Of a stretch of DNA of 64,000 nt, positions 9,130 to 19,207 are shown piece after piece. The position numbers and the translations under genes were made by a program. The first letter of the stretch is position 1; every line of letters begins with the position of its first letter. The notes beneath the pieces were generated by a model that saw nothing but the letters and a program-made list of their open reading frames with translations, was not told the DNA's origin and searched no databases. The stretch comes from Gemmatimonadota bacterium (GTDB lineage Bacteria; Gemmatimonadota; Gemmatimonadetes; Gemmatimonadales; GWC2-71-9), in NCBI GenBank assembly GCA_039586815.1, contig JBDHJR010000019.1:7594-71593 (forward strand), given 5' to 3'.

Positions 9130-9139
9130 TGGGGCTGCC

Positions 9140-9155
9140 TCAACCAATCGGTTGA
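9140..9155. promoter_or_regulatory. Palindrome TCAACC-AATC-GGTTGA, candidate TetR operator
   Basis: Perfect 6-bp arms located between the putative -10 and the TetR start codon. This is the typical position for TetR autoregulation. Confidence 0.35.
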
Positions 9156-9159
9156 CGCC

Positions 9160-9756
9160 GTGGCCCGTGACACTGCTAACCGCAATTCTCCCAGGCTTTT
9201 AATCGAAGCCGCGATCCCCGAGTTCGCGCAGTTCGGGTACGCGGGGGCCCGCACGGAGCGAATCGCGAAACGGGCCGGCGTTAACAAGCAGTTGCTCTTC
9301 TACTACTTCGGGTCGAAGGCGGGCCTGTACCGCGCGGTGATGGACGAGGCGGTTGCCCAGCTTGACCGGGCGGCCAGGAACGTGAGAAAGGCACCGGAGC
9401 ATGCCGCCGGCCGCCTGAGGCACGAGCTCAAGGCGGCGTTCGACGCCCTGGCCGACGCACCCGACCTGGCCAGGCTGCTTGTCCGAGGGGCCTTCGACCG
9501 GGACGAAGACAGCGCCGCCGACCTTCCCGCACGGAGCCTCGCCGAGCGGCTGGCGCAAGCGGTGTCCGATGGCCAGGGCCTGGGGCATTACCGCGACGAC
9601 GCCGATCCAGGTACGGTGGCACGCCAGGCCGTGGTATTGCTGCTCGGCTATTTCGCCCTCGAGGGATCGCTGATGCAAAACGGCCCGGCGGAAGGCCGCC
9701 GGGCCGCGTGGCTCACCGACGTGTCGAGCCTGCTGGCGCGCTCGCTCAGCTGGTAA
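9160..9756 (+). CDS. TetR/AcrR-family transcriptional regulator
   Basis: N-terminal HTH: LIEAAIPEFAQFGYAGARTERIAKRAGVNKQLLFYYFGSKAGLY. Confidence 0.9.
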   Translation: MARDTANRNSPRLLIEAAIPEFAQFGYAGARTERIAKRAGVNKQLLFYYFGSKAGLYRAVMDEAVAQLDRAARNVRKAPEHAAGRLRHELKAAFDALADAPDLARLLVRGAFDRDEDSAADLPARSLAERLAQAVSDGQGLGHYRDDADPGTVARQAVVLLLGYFALEGSLMQNGPAEGRRAAWLTDVSSLLARSLSW

Positions 9757-12166
9757 CGCCCGCCGGCTCCTCCTCGGCTTCCAGCTTCTTCCCGCCTGCG
9801 GTCCCGAGCGCCACGTCGAGCACGTCGCCCAGCCACTCCGCTGCGTGGACCGTAATGCGCTGGCGCTCGTCTTCACTCAGGTCCTGCAGGTCCGCCTCGT
9901 TTTCCTTGGGCAGAATGATGTTCGTGATCCCGGCCCGGCACGCGCCCAGCACCTTTTCCTTCACGCCACCGATGGGCAGCACCCGGCCGGAAAGCGTGAT
10001 CTCGCCCGTCATCGCCACATCGCTGCGCACCGGCACCCCGGACAGAGCGCTCACCAGCGCCGTAGCCATGGTGACTCCTGCCGATGGGCCGTCCTTGGGA
10101 ATCGCCCCGGCCGGAACGTGGATGTGGAAGTCCTTGCCCGACAGGTCGTCCGTAATGCCGAGCTGCTCCGCGTGCGACTTGGCGTAAGTCAGCGCGGCCT
10201 GCGCCGACTCCTTCATCACGTCACCGAGCTGTCCGGTGAGCACCAGGTTGTCCCGCCCGGCCATCACCGAAACCTCGACGAACATGATGTCACCGCCCAC
10301 GGGCGTGTAGAACATCCCGGTGGCAATCCCGACCTTGTCTTCCTCGGCCGCCCGCTCGGGGAACACGGTGGGGCGCCCGAGCAACTTCTCCACGTCTTCC
10401 TTGGTCGGCTCCATGTGATCCGCGTCGCCCGAGGCGATCTTGCGAGCCACCTTGCGCGCCATCCTGCCGATCTCCCGCTCCAGCTGACGCACTCCTGCTT
10501 CCCTCGTGTAGCCCGAGATCACTCTGTGGATGGCACCTTCGGTCAGCACGAACTCGGTCGGTGCCAGGCCCGCCTCGGCGAGCTGCCGCGGGACTAGGAA
10601 CTGCTTCGCGATCTGGAGCTTCTCGTTCTCGGTGTAGCCCGTGAATTCGACCTCCTCCATGCGGTCCAGCAGAGGCGCCGGTATCAATTGCCGGAAGTTC
10701 GCCGTGGCGATGAACAACACCTCCGAGAGATCGAAGGGCACGCCCAGGTAGTGATCGGTGAACGAGTCGTTCTGTGCCGGGTCGAGCACCTCCAGCAGCG
10801 CCGACGCCGGGTCGCCCTGGAACGACACGCCGAGCTTGTCCACCTCGTCCAGCAGGAACACGGGGTTCTTGGTCCCAGCTCGCTTCATCCCTTCGATGAT
10901 GCGGCCCGCCATGGCACCCACATACGTGCGACGGTGTCCCCGGATGTCCGCTTCATCACGTGCGCCCCCAAGAGAGATGCGCACGTACTGCCGTCCGATG
11001 GAACGCGCGATGGACTTGGCAATGGACGTCTTGCCCACTCCCGGCGGACCGATGAACAGCAGGATCGATCCCCTGGAGCGACGGTCGTCCACGTTCCCCA
11101 CGAACTCGCCGGTGGTGCGTTCGTCACGCTGCTGCAGTAGCTGCCGCACCGCGAGGAACTCGAGCACGCGATCCTTCACGTCCTGCAGGCCGTAGTGGTC
11201 CTCGTCCAGGATCTTGGCCGCTTCCTTGAGATCGAGGTGGTCTTCGCTGCGCTTGCTCCACGGCAGCTCGGCTACCGTCTCGAGGAACGTGCGGATGACC
11301 TGCGCCTCCATGGAGTCCTTGCCAGTGCGCGTGAGCCGCCGCAACTCCCGGTCCACTTCCTTGCGCGCCTCTTCGGGCAGTTCGAGCTGCAGCAGTCGCT
11401 CGCGCAGTTCGTCCACCTCCTGCGACTCGTCATCGCCGAGCTCCTTCTGGATGGCCTTCATCTGCTCGCGCAAGAACATCTCGCGCTGCCTCTCGCCGAT
11501 CTCCTCCTGGACCTTCGACTTGATCTCCTCCTGGGCATCTGCCAGCTCGAGCTGTCGCTGCACGTGTATCAGCACGCGCCGCAACCGCTCCTCGACTCCG
11601 CGCGTCTCGAGCAGTGCCTGGCGCTCGGCAGGTGAGATGTCGATGTATCCGGCCACGAGATCCGCAAAGCGACCCGGATCCTCCACCCCGTCGAGCACCT
11701 GCTTCACCACTTCCTCGGGCAGGCCCGTCTTCACGCCGAGCTCGGCGGCGCGCTCGCGCACCTCCTTGTGCAGGGCCACGAACGCAGCGTCCAGGGGATC
11801 AAGCGGGGGAAGGTCGGGCGCCTCCTGCACGACGGCCTCGATGTAGCCGGCGTCTTCCGAATACTGGAGCACGGTTGCCCGGTACTCACCCTGCAGCAAC
11901 AGCTGGATGCCGCCCAAGCCGCGCTGCACCTGGCCGATGCTCGCCACGGTGCCCGTGGTGTAGAGCACCTCGGGCCGGGCCATGTCCACGTTGTCCCGCT
12001 GCGCGACAGCGAAGATCAGCTGCTCCTCTTCCTTGAGGGCGGCTTCTATGGCCCGCAGCGTGCCCGGACGGCCGGCTCCGATGGGCGCCGTGACGCCCGG
12101 GAACATGACCGTTTCCCGAAGCGGCAGCACTGCCAGCCGCATGCGCGTAGACGCTATCTCTGACAT
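9746..12166 (-). CDS. lon: ATP-dependent Lon protease (LonA type)
   Basis: 806 aa. Lon N-domain, Walker A GPPGVGKTS, sensor regions, and a C-terminal protease domain with PKDGPSAG (catalytic Ser). Confidence 0.97.
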   Translation of the reverse strand: MSEIASTRMRLAVLPLRETVMFPGVTAPIGAGRPGTLRAIEAALKEEEQLIFAVAQRDNVDMARPEVLYTTGTVASIGQVQRGLGGIQLLLQGEYRATVLQYSEDAGYIEAVVQEAPDLPPLDPLDAAFVALHKEVRERAAELGVKTGLPEEVVKQVLDGVEDPGRFADLVAGYIDISPAERQALLETRGVEERLRRVLIHVQRQLELADAQEEIKSKVQEEIGERQREMFLREQMKAIQKELGDDESQEVDELRERLLQLELPEEARKEVDRELRRLTRTGKDSMEAQVIRTFLETVAELPWSKRSEDHLDLKEAAKILDEDHYGLQDVKDRVLEFLAVRQLLQQRDERTTGEFVGNVDDRRSRGSILLFIGPPGVGKTSIAKSIARSIGRQYVRISLGGARDEADIRGHRRTYVGAMAGRIIEGMKRAGTKNPVFLLDEVDKLGVSFQGDPASALLEVLDPAQNDSFTDHYLGVPFDLSEVLFIATANFRQLIPAPLLDRMEEVEFTGYTENEKLQIAKQFLVPRQLAEAGLAPTEFVLTEGAIHRVISGYTREAGVRQLEREIGRMARKVARKIASGDADHMEPTKEDVEKLLGRPTVFPERAAEEDKVGIATGMFYTPVGGDIMFVEVSVMAGRDNLVLTGQLGDVMKESAQAALTYAKSHAEQLGITDDLSGKDFHIHVPAGAIPKDGPSAGVTMATALVSALSGVPVRSDVAMTGEITLSGRVLPIGGVKEKVLGACRAGITNIILPKENEADLQDLSEDERQRITVHAAEWLGDVLDVALGTAGGKKLEAEEEPAGVTS

Positions 12167-12207
12167 ATGGTCCTCCCCTCCATTCGAGGGGTTTTCCTCA
12201 CCTTAAC

Positions 12208-12222
12208 GCAGGGATCGTGCCA
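12208..12222 (-). promoter_or_regulatory. Sigma-54-like -24/-12 element (TGGCACG-ATCC-CTGC) upstream of lon
   Basis: The minus strand reads TGGCACGATCCCTGC, versus the consensus TGGCACG-N4-TTGC. The -12 element lies about 42 nt upstream of the lon ATG, with a GGAGG Shine-Dalgarno in between. Confidence 0.25.
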
Positions 12223-12333
12223 CGCGAACGGCGGCATGACAAGTCCTGGAGACAGCTCGTCCTGCCAATAGGGGCGGGCTCGTGGAACCCGCCTGCCAAC
12301 CTGGCTGGAGGTCCTCGCTCGTAGAGATCTCCG

Positions 12334-12579
12334 TTAGGGGGCCTTGGGGGCGACGTTCAGCAGGGCTCTGAGCTCGGACTCAGTCAGCTGCTCGAGCAGT
12401 CCAGCCCGCGCCGTGGTCTCGCGCGCCGGCTCGGACCGGTCGGACTGGCACTCGAACCGAATGATGTCCGCCGGTTCGGGAAACGCACGCTTGTCCTTCT
12501 TCCCCGGGATCATACCCGAGGTCCGGCCCACACGTTCTGCGGACCAGCGGCGCCCGGAGTCGTCGGTCACCCAACGCAT
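12334..12579 (-). CDS. Small conserved-looking hypothetical protein (81 aa)
   Basis: GC3-rich, protein-like sequence (MRWVTDDSGRRWSAERV...IIRFECQSD...LTESELRALLNVA). I prefer the internal ATG at 12579 to the ORF-track start at 12654, which would leave only 7 nt before the divergent kinase gene. Confidence 0.5.
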   Translation of the reverse strand: MRWVTDDSGRRWSAERVGRTSGMIPGKKDKRAFPEPADIIRFECQSDRSEPARETTARAGLLEQLTESELRALLNVAPKAP

Positions 12580-12661
12580 TGCGGTCTCAAAGTGCCGTAC
12601 ATTCAGGTTGCCAAGGGGGTTGCGGCCCTTTAATCTACCCCGGGTCCGGACCATATGCTAC

Positions 12662-14569
12662 ATGGCAGACAAGAACTTGGGCACAGTCGCGTCCCGCTTG
12701 GCCGATGCCTTGGCTGGCTCCTACGAGATCGAAGGGGAAATCGGCCGGGGCGGCATGGGCATTGTCTACAGCGCCCGCGACCTTCGACTCAAGCGCCGCG
12801 TGGCAATCAAGGTCCTCCCGCCAGAGCTGGCCTTCCGCGACGAGATCCGTAAGCGGTTCCTGCGGGAAGCTCAGACCGCCGCGCGTCTCTCCCACCCGCA
12901 CATCGTACCGATTCACTCCGTCGGCGATGACGAGGGGCTGGTCTACTTCGTGATGGGGTATGTGGACGGCGAGTCCCTGGCCGCGCGGCTCAGGCGCCGG
13001 GAGCGGCTCCCCGCCGAAGAAGCCCGCCGGGTCATGAAGGAGACTGCCGACGCACTGGGACTCGCGCATGCGATGGGCGTGATCCACCGGGACATCAAGC
13101 CCGACAACATTCTGCTCGAGGGGACGCGCCGCAGGGTGATGGTGACCGATTTCGGGATCGCCAAGGCGCTGACGGACGCGGGCGGCGGGACCCTGACCGG
13201 CACCGGTGTGGCCATCGGGACGCCGGCCTACATGAGCCCGGAGCAGGCCGGCGGCGAGCGGGAGATCGACGCCCGCAGCGACATCTACTCGCTCGGCGTG
13301 GTCGCCTACGAGATGCTCACCGGCGACCTGCCGTTCAAGGCACCGACAGTCGCCGGCATGCTGCTCAAGCAGGTCACCGAGGTTCCAGCGGACATCCGCA
13401 CTGTGCGGTCCGATTGTCCCGAGGAGTTGACCGGCACGGTTATGCGGTGCCTCGACAAGGAGCCGGAGAACCGCTGGCCCACCGCCGACGCCCTGCGTCG
13501 GGCGCTGGAGAGCCGCACATCGACCCCGTATCGGCCGCGCTCCCCGCTGAGCCGCCGGCCCAGCCCCTCGGGTACGGCGCGTCCTGCACCTCGCTCAAAG
13601 CGGCCTGGAGAGAGAGCCGGCCTGCCGGCGCGGCAAAAGGACGCCGAGTGGTGGGACTGGTTCAGCGAGGGCCGCGCCCCGGCGCGCAGGCAGCGGGGCC
13701 GCCCGGAGCGGCGGGAGGCCCGCAAGAGCCCGGAGAAGCGCGAGCAAAAGGGCGAGCCGGGCATCGTCCGGAAGTTCCGGGCCAACTTCGCCTCGTACGT
13801 TTCGGTGTGTGGCGGCTTGCTGCTGCTGAACGTGGTGACCGGGATCGACTCCCCATGGTTCCTCTTCCCGGCCATCGGATGGGGAATCGGTCTGGGGTCG
13901 CAGTACGGCAAGCTGTGGTCGGCAGGCTACAGCATGCGTGACGTACTCAACCGGCCCGCCGCCCCCGACGCCCTGCCCGCACCAGGCGTGGCCGGCTCGG
14001 CCAAGGCAGCACTGCCGGCCAGCATGCTGGAACCCACTTCCGGTGAGTTCGGCACGATGGCAAGCCAGATCGAGCAGATGCGCAAGGACCACTCAGCCAT
14101 CGTGCGTTTGGTGGAGAAGCTACCCGAGTCCGATCAACAGATGCTGCCCGAGGTGGTGCCAACCGTCAACGCGCTCATGGAGCGCGCGGTGGAACTCGCC
14201 CGCACGCTCCAGGCGATGGACCGGGACGTCGACGACGAGGCCGTGGCGCGTCTCGACGCGCGGATCCAGGAGGCGGAGGGCGCCGGCACGGAGGGCGAGA
14301 GCGGTAGACGCCTGGAGCTGCTGCAACGCCAGCGGGCAGCACTCGAGGAGCTGGTGAAGCGGCGCGGCAAGGTCGAGTCGCAGTTCGAGTCCTGTGTGCT
14401 GGCCGTGCAGAACGTGCGATTCGACCTGCTGCGGTTGCGTTCGGCCGGTATGGATCAGGTGCTCAGCGACCTCACGTCTGCGACACAACAGGCCAGGGCG
14501 CTCAGGATCGACGTCGAGGCGGCGATCGACGCCGCGGGTGAGATCAAGGAGGCATTGGGGAGGGCGTAA
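12662..14569 (+). CDS. Ser/Thr protein kinase with a basic linker, a 2TM-like hairpin and a C-terminal coiled-coil region
   Basis: ATG at 12662. Motifs GRGGMGIVY, AIKVL, HRDIKPDNILL, DFGIA and SPEQ. An Arg/Pro/Lys-rich linker follows. Hydrophobic pair: YVSVCGGLLLLNVVTGIDSPWFLFPAIGWGIGLGSQY. About 200 aa of heptad-like C-terminus. The upstream 318 nt of the listed ORF is a non-coding in-frame extension. Confidence 0.9.
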   Translation: MADKNLGTVASRLADALAGSYEIEGEIGRGGMGIVYSARDLRLKRRVAIKVLPPELAFRDEIRKRFLREAQTAARLSHPHIVPIHSVGDDEGLVYFVMGYVDGESLAARLRRRERLPAEEARRVMKETADALGLAHAMGVIHRDIKPDNILLEGTRRRVMVTDFGIAKALTDAGGGTLTGTGVAIGTPAYMSPEQAGGEREIDARSDIYSLGVVAYEMLTGDLPFKAPTVAGMLLKQVTEVPADIRTVRSDCPEELTGTVMRCLDKEPENRWPTADALRRALESRTSTPYRPRSPLSRRPSPSGTARPAPRSKRPGERAGLPARQKDAEWWDWFSEGRAPARRQRGRPERREARKSPEKREQKGEPGIVRKFRANFASYVSVCGGLLLLNVVTGIDSPWFLFPAIGWGIGLGSQYGKLWSAGYSMRDVLNRPAAPDALPAPGVAGSAKAALPASMLEPTSGEFGTMASQIEQMRKDHSAIVRLVEKLPESDQQMLPEVVPTVNALMERAVELARTLQAMDRDVDDEAVARLDARIQEAEGAGTEGESGRRLELLQRQRAALEELVKRRGKVESQFESCVLAVQNVRFDLLRLRSAGMDQVLSDLTSATQQARALRIDVEAAIDAAGEIKEALGRA

Positions 14570-14582
14570 CAACCGACGTAGT

Positions 14583-16733
14583 CTAGTACTCGTACATCTC
14601 CCGCATCGCAGCAGCCAGATCCCCCACCTGCGGCAGTATCACATCCTCCAGCTCAGGCGAGTACGCCACGAACGTATCGGTAGACGCCACTCGCTTGACC
14701 GGTGCGTCGAGCCACGGGAAGAGCTCGTCACCCACGCGCGCCGCAATCTCGGCACCGTAGCCCCACGAGTATGAGTCCTCGTAAGCCACGATCGCCTTGC
14801 TGGTCTTCTTGACCGACTGAGTGATGGCCTCCCAGTCGACCGGGCTCAGCGAGCGCAGGTCGATCACTTCGACATCGATCCCGTCGCTTTCCGCCAGCTG
14901 CTTCGCCGCCACGAACGAGCGCTGCACCAGCGCGCCGTACGCTATCACCGTCAGGTCCGATCCCTCCCGCACGACCTTCGCCTTCCCGAAGGGGATCATG
15001 AAGTCCGGACCGGGATACGACGCCTTGTTGTAAGTCTGTCGGTAAAGATGCTTGTGCTCGAGAAAAAGCACCGGGTCGTCGCAGCGGATCGCGGTCCGCA
15101 GCAATCCGTTGGCATCGAGCGCCGTCGCCGGGCAGATCACCCGCAGCCCCGGCATGTGCGTGAACAGCGACGCGCCGGTCTGCGAATGATAAATTGATCC
15201 ACCTCTCAGGTATCCGCCGTAGGTGGCCCGGATCACCGTGGGGCACTTGAACGCGTTGTTGCTGCGCCAGCGGAGCAGGGCCAGCTCGCTCCGGATCTGG
15301 TGATAGGCCGGCCAGATGTAGTCGAAGAACTGAATCTCCACCACGGGCTTGATTCCGCGGGTGGCGAGCCCCACGGCCCGTCCGACTATGTTCGCCTCCG
15401 CCAGCGGCGAGTTGTAGACCCGATGGCCCCCAAACTTCTTCTGCAGCCCCCAGGTCACCTTGAACACGCCGCCCTTCCCCTTGAGGTCCTCGATGTGCTC
15501 GTCGCGCGACAGATCGGCAATGTCCTCACCGAACATCACGATGCGCGGCTCCCGCTTCATCTCGTCTTCGAGACACTTGTTGAGGAGGTCCACCATCGTG
15601 GTCGGTTCCCCCTCGAACTGCGGCTCGTCCTCGGTGTCGAACTCGTCGCTCGTGGGATCCACGTCCGGCGAGTACACGTACAGCTCCACCGTCTCGGCCG
15701 CCGGCTGTGGCGCCGCCAGCGCCACCTCCGTGGCGAGCTCCACGTCCTCGTCCACCTCGGCCTTGATGACCTCTATCTCCTCCTCGGTGGCCAGTCCTTC
15801 GGCTATGAGCTTCGCGGGGAACGCCTCGACCGGATCACGTTGCGCCTCCTCGTCGCGCTCCCAGTCAGGCTTGTAATGCAGCTCGTCGTCGGACAGGGAA
15901 TGCGAGTACGGCCGGATCACATCGGCGTGGATCAACGCCGGCCCCTTGCGAGCCCGGCAATGGGCAATCGCCGTGGACAGGACGTCGTATGACAGCAGCG
16001 GATCGCATCCGTCCATGTCGTCCACGTACAGGTTCGGGAAGCAGGCCATGATGCTCGAGATCGAGCCTCCGGCCGTCTGCACCTCGACGGGCACCGAGAT
16101 GGCGTAGCCGTTGTCCTCGATCAGGAAGATCACGGGGAGCTGCAGGTTACTCGCCGTGTTCATCGCCTCCCAGAATTCGCCCTCACTGGTGGTTCCGTCT
16201 CCGGACGAACAAAGGACGACCTCGTCGCCTCTGACCGCCGCATCCCCCTCGGCTACCTGCCCGATCTGGTCGTACCGCAGCCAGGCCTCCGCACACCCCA
16301 CCGCGTTGAGATATTGCGTGCCGGTGGGGCTGGACGAGCTCACGATGTTGAGGTCCTTGTGGCCCCAGTGCGACGGCATCTGGCGGCCGCCCGAGTTGGG
16401 GTCGTCGGCGGCGGCCACCGCGGAGAGCAGCATCTCCGTGGGCGTCATCCCGAGCGCCAGGCAGAGGGCGCGGTCGCGGTAGTAGGGGTAGAACCAGTCG
16501 TAGCCCGGCTTGAGCAGCATCCCGGCCGCCACCAGGACTGCCTCGTGGCCGGCGCCGGATATCTGGAAGAAGATCCGGTTCTGGCGCTTGAGCTGGATCT
16601 CCTTGTCGTCCAGCCGGCGGGATGCCAGCATCAGCCGGTACATCTCCAGCAACTCAGGCTTCTCGAGCCGCGTGGCCGGCTTACGCTTCGCCTTCGTCCT
16701 GGGCTTGCTACTGTGATTGGCGCGGGAGGTCAT
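14583..16733 (-). CDS. Fused alpha/beta E1 component of a 2-oxoacid (branched-chain/pyruvate type) dehydrogenase
   Basis: 716 aa. The N-terminal half is E1-alpha-like (ThDP motif region [15 protein letters not shown]). The C-terminal half is E1-beta/transketolase-like (FGEDI...GGVFKVT). Confidence 0.9.
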   Translation of the reverse strand: MTSRANHSSKPRTKAKRKPATRLEKPELLEMYRLMLASRRLDDKEIQLKRQNRIFFQISGAGHEAVLVAAGMLLKPGYDWFYPYYRDRALCLALGMTPTEMLLSAVAAADDPNSGGRQMPSHWGHKDLNIVSSSSPTGTQYLNAVGCAEAWLRYDQIGQVAEGDAAVRGDEVVLCSSGDGTTSEGEFWEAMNTASNLQLPVIFLIEDNGYAISVPVEVQTAGGSISSIMACFPNLYVDDMDGCDPLLSYDVLSTAIAHCRARKGPALIHADVIRPYSHSLSDDELHYKPDWERDEEAQRDPVEAFPAKLIAEGLATEEEIEVIKAEVDEDVELATEVALAAPQPAAETVELYVYSPDVDPTSDEFDTEDEPQFEGEPTTMVDLLNKCLEDEMKREPRIVMFGEDIADLSRDEHIEDLKGKGGVFKVTWGLQKKFGGHRVYNSPLAEANIVGRAVGLATRGIKPVVEIQFFDYIWPAYHQIRSELALLRWRSNNAFKCPTVIRATYGGYLRGGSIYHSQTGASLFTHMPGLRVICPATALDANGLLRTAIRCDDPVLFLEHKHLYRQTYNKASYPGPDFMIPFGKAKVVREGSDLTVIAYGALVQRSFVAAKQLAESDGIDVEVIDLRSLSPVDWEAITQSVKKTSKAIVAYEDSYSWGYGAEIAARVGDELFPWLDAPVKRVASTDTFVAYSPELEDVILPQVGDLAAAMREMYEY

Positions 16734-16753
16734 AGGCTCGCAAAGATAACGGG

Positions 16754-17014
16754 CTATTTCAACTTCGTGAGCTTCCTCAGGGCTTGAAGCTTCTCGATCG
16801 TAGACGTGGAGGTCGTGGAGGTCGGCGAATCGCCTGCGGGGCTGATCGCGTCGCGCACGTCCAGCAGCACCTCCAGTATCAACTGCTCACGCTGGTACGA
16901 GGCGTCGAGATCCGCCATGCGGGCCTCGTCTCCGGACTTCCGGGCGCGCTCGTAGGCCTCTCGGTAGATCGCCTCGAGGTTGTCGAGAATCCTGTCGCGG
17001 GAACGCGGGCTCAT
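16754..17014 (-). CDS. Small hypothetical protein (86 aa, helical)
   Basis: GC3-rich ORF filling the gap between the DUF1015 and E1 genes on the same strand. No family recognised. Confidence 0.55.
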   Translation of the reverse strand: MSPRSRDRILDNLEAIYREAYERARKSGDEARMADLDASYQREQLILEVLLDVRDAISPAGDSPTSTTSTSTIEKLQALRKLTKLK

Positions 17015-17030
17015 GGTCTCAATGATGCCG

Positions 17031-18275
17031 TCAGTAACCCATGACCACCAGCCCGCTGGGCACCTTGGGCATGAAGTAGGTGGACTTCTGCGGCATCACG
17101 CTCCCGGCGTCGGCGACCGCCATGACCTGCTCGAGGGCCGTGGGATTGAGCAGCACCCCCGCGGCGGCGCTTGCCTGCCGCACCTCTTCGATGACGTGAT
17201 GTGCCTCCGCGCTGCAGCCGATGCGCGATCCCTTGCCCGCCAGCGCGCGCAGGCGCTTCACGACGATCTCGTCCACCCGCGCGACATCCAGTGACGCAAC
17301 CGCAGGCTCGTTGGCGAAGGGCAGGTCACCCAGGTTCGCCCCGCCCTTCAACAGATACGCGTGGGCAAGCCCCCCGGGGAGCACCACTATGCACGCCGTA
17401 CCGCGCGCCCTGAGGGTAGCGAGCTCCTCGGCGTAGTTCGCCTGGCTGGGCAGCTCCCTCATCTGGAAACGCTCCCGCAGGTCGTTCGTCAGAGCCTCCG
17501 AATCCACCCCGGCGCCGTAAACCATTCGGTGCGTGGCAAGCACGACGAGACCCGGATCATCCGCAGGCACGATCAACGCCGGCAGCCGGTCCGCGGCGGG
17601 ATGCTCGGCACGGTATGCCACGGCCGTCTCGTAGCGATGGTGCCCGTCGGCGATGTACAGTGGCTCCCGACCCGCCGCTTCAGCCAGCTCCGCGGCCCGC
17701 TTCCCAGTAGCCCGCCACACTGCGAGCTCCGCTCCCGGCATCTGGGCCCGCGCGAGCGGGTTCTTGCGGGTCGCCTCCTCGAGCAGCTCCAGGAGTGATC
17801 CGTCGGTGTCGCGCGCCACCATCAAGAGCGCTTCGAACGCCGCCTCGGTGGCCTCGAGGAGCGCGAGGCGGTCTTCCTTGGGGCCCTTGTGCGTCCGCTC
17901 GTGGGGCAAGACCCGACCGGCTGAGAACGGCTCGACGGCCACTCCTCCGATGACTCCGGTACGCACCAGCCGCTCTCCCTCGGGCGTGCTAAACTCCTGC
18001 CGCAGCACCGTGACCGAGGCCTTGTCGTCGGCGACCAGCACGCCCGCGGCGCGCCACTCCTTCAGTTGGCGTGCCGCATTGTCATACCGGGCGTCATCGC
18101 CCTCCGGGAGTATGAGGTGCACCACGTTGTGCGGATCGCGCTCCGCGAGCTTCTGCCGCTCCTCCGGGTCGATCACGTCGTAAGGAGGAGCGATGAGGTC
18201 GCCCAGACGCCGCTGCTCGGCGTAGCGCTCCCCCATGAAGGGCGCGACGAGCGGTACCATCGCTTGCTCAGCCAA
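17031..18275 (-). CDS. DUF1015-family protein
   Basis: 414 aa. The N-terminal IAPPYDVIDPEE motif and overall layout are typical of DUF1015. Confidence 0.85.
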   Translation of the reverse strand: MAEQAMVPLVAPFMGERYAEQRRLGDLIAPPYDVIDPEERQKLAERDPHNVVHLILPEGDDARYDNAARQLKEWRAAGVLVADDKASVTVLRQEFSTPEGERLVRTGVIGGVAVEPFSAGRVLPHERTHKGPKEDRLALLEATEAAFEALLMVARDTDGSLLELLEEATRKNPLARAQMPGAELAVWRATGKRAAELAEAAGREPLYIADGHHRYETAVAYRAEHPAADRLPALIVPADDPGLVVLATHRMVYGAGVDSEALTNDLRERFQMRELPSQANYAEELATLRARGTACIVVLPGGLAHAYLLKGGANLGDLPFANEPAVASLDVARVDEIVVKRLRALAGKGSRIGCSAEAHHVIEEVRQASAAAGVLLNPTALEQVMAVADAGSVMPQKSTYFMPKVPSGLVVMGY

Positions 18276-18299
18276 CGTGCAGGCCCTCCCTCACTGTGG

Positions 18300-19193
18300 T
18301 CACGATTCCCAGGGGCGCGCCGCCTGCAGCGCCTCCTCCAGCAGCCAGCGATACGACTCCAACCGACTGGGGGCAATCTCGTTCCGCTCGGCCGCTTCCG
18401 CTACGGCACACCCCGGCTCCTCCAGGTGGCGGCAGTTGTCGAACCGACAACGCCCGGCGAGTGATGCAAACTCCGGGAACGCGGCAGCCACCTCTTGCGG
18501 CTCCAGGCCCCACAGCCCCATGTCCCGCAGGCCCGGTGTATCCACCACGAACCCGTGGCTTCCGAAGGGATGCATTTCCGCAGCTACGGTCGTGTGACGC
18601 CCGGCCCCCGACTTGGCGCTCACCTCGCCGGTCCTGAGCTTGAGCCCAGGCTGCAACACGTTCAACAGGCTCGACTTGCCAACGCCGGTGGGGCCGGTGA
18701 ACAGCGATACGTGCCCTTCGAGGTGCTCCCGCAACTCCTCGAGCCCGCGCCCCTCGGGCACGCTCGTGTACACCACCGTGTAGCCCGCCTGGATGTACGG
18801 CTCGCCGCAGTTGGAGCACTCCTCGACCAGGTCGCACTTGTTCACCACGAGTACCATGGGAAGACCGTTGGCACCGGCCACCGCCGTGAAGCGGTCCACG
18901 AGATGGGGGTCCCAGTCGGGCCGCAGCGCCGAACCAACCACGACTACCTGATCCAGATTGGCGGCCACATTGCGCTCGCCGCGCTTCTTCCCGGGCGTAC
19001 GTCGCTTCAGCAGCGACCGGCGGGGGTGCACCTGCTCGATGGTGACGGAGCCGTCGGGATGATGGTGTACCGTGACAGCGTCCCCCACCAGAATGCGACC
19101 CGCGCCTTGCTTCAGGCGGCCGCGCAGGGACGCCTCGAGGCTGTCGCCGTCGCAGTAGACGCCGTACCGTCCGCCGGTCTTGGAGAGGACCAC
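18300..19193 (-). CDS. rsgA: Ribosome small-subunit-dependent GTPase A
   Basis: Circularly permuted GTPase motifs (NKCDL, then GPTGVGKSSLLN), an OB-fold N-terminus, and a C-terminal zinc motif CRFDNCRHLEEPGCAV. Confidence 0.9.
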   Translation of the reverse strand: MVLSKTGGRYGVYCDGDSLEASLRGRLKQGAGRILVGDAVTVHHHPDGSVTIEQVHPRRSLLKRRTPGKKRGERNVAANLDQVVVVGSALRPDWDPHLVDRFTAVAGANGLPMVLVVNKCDLVEECSNCGEPYIQAGYTVVYTSVPEGRGLEELREHLEGHVSLFTGPTGVGKSSLLNVLQPGLKLRTGEVSAKSGAGRHTTVAAEMHPFGSHGFVVDTPGLRDMGLWGLEPQEVAAAFPEFASLAGRCRFDNCRHLEEPGCAVAEAAERNEIAPSRLESYRWLLEEALQAARPWES

Positions 19194-19207
19194 GCCTCGA
19201 TGCTCGG

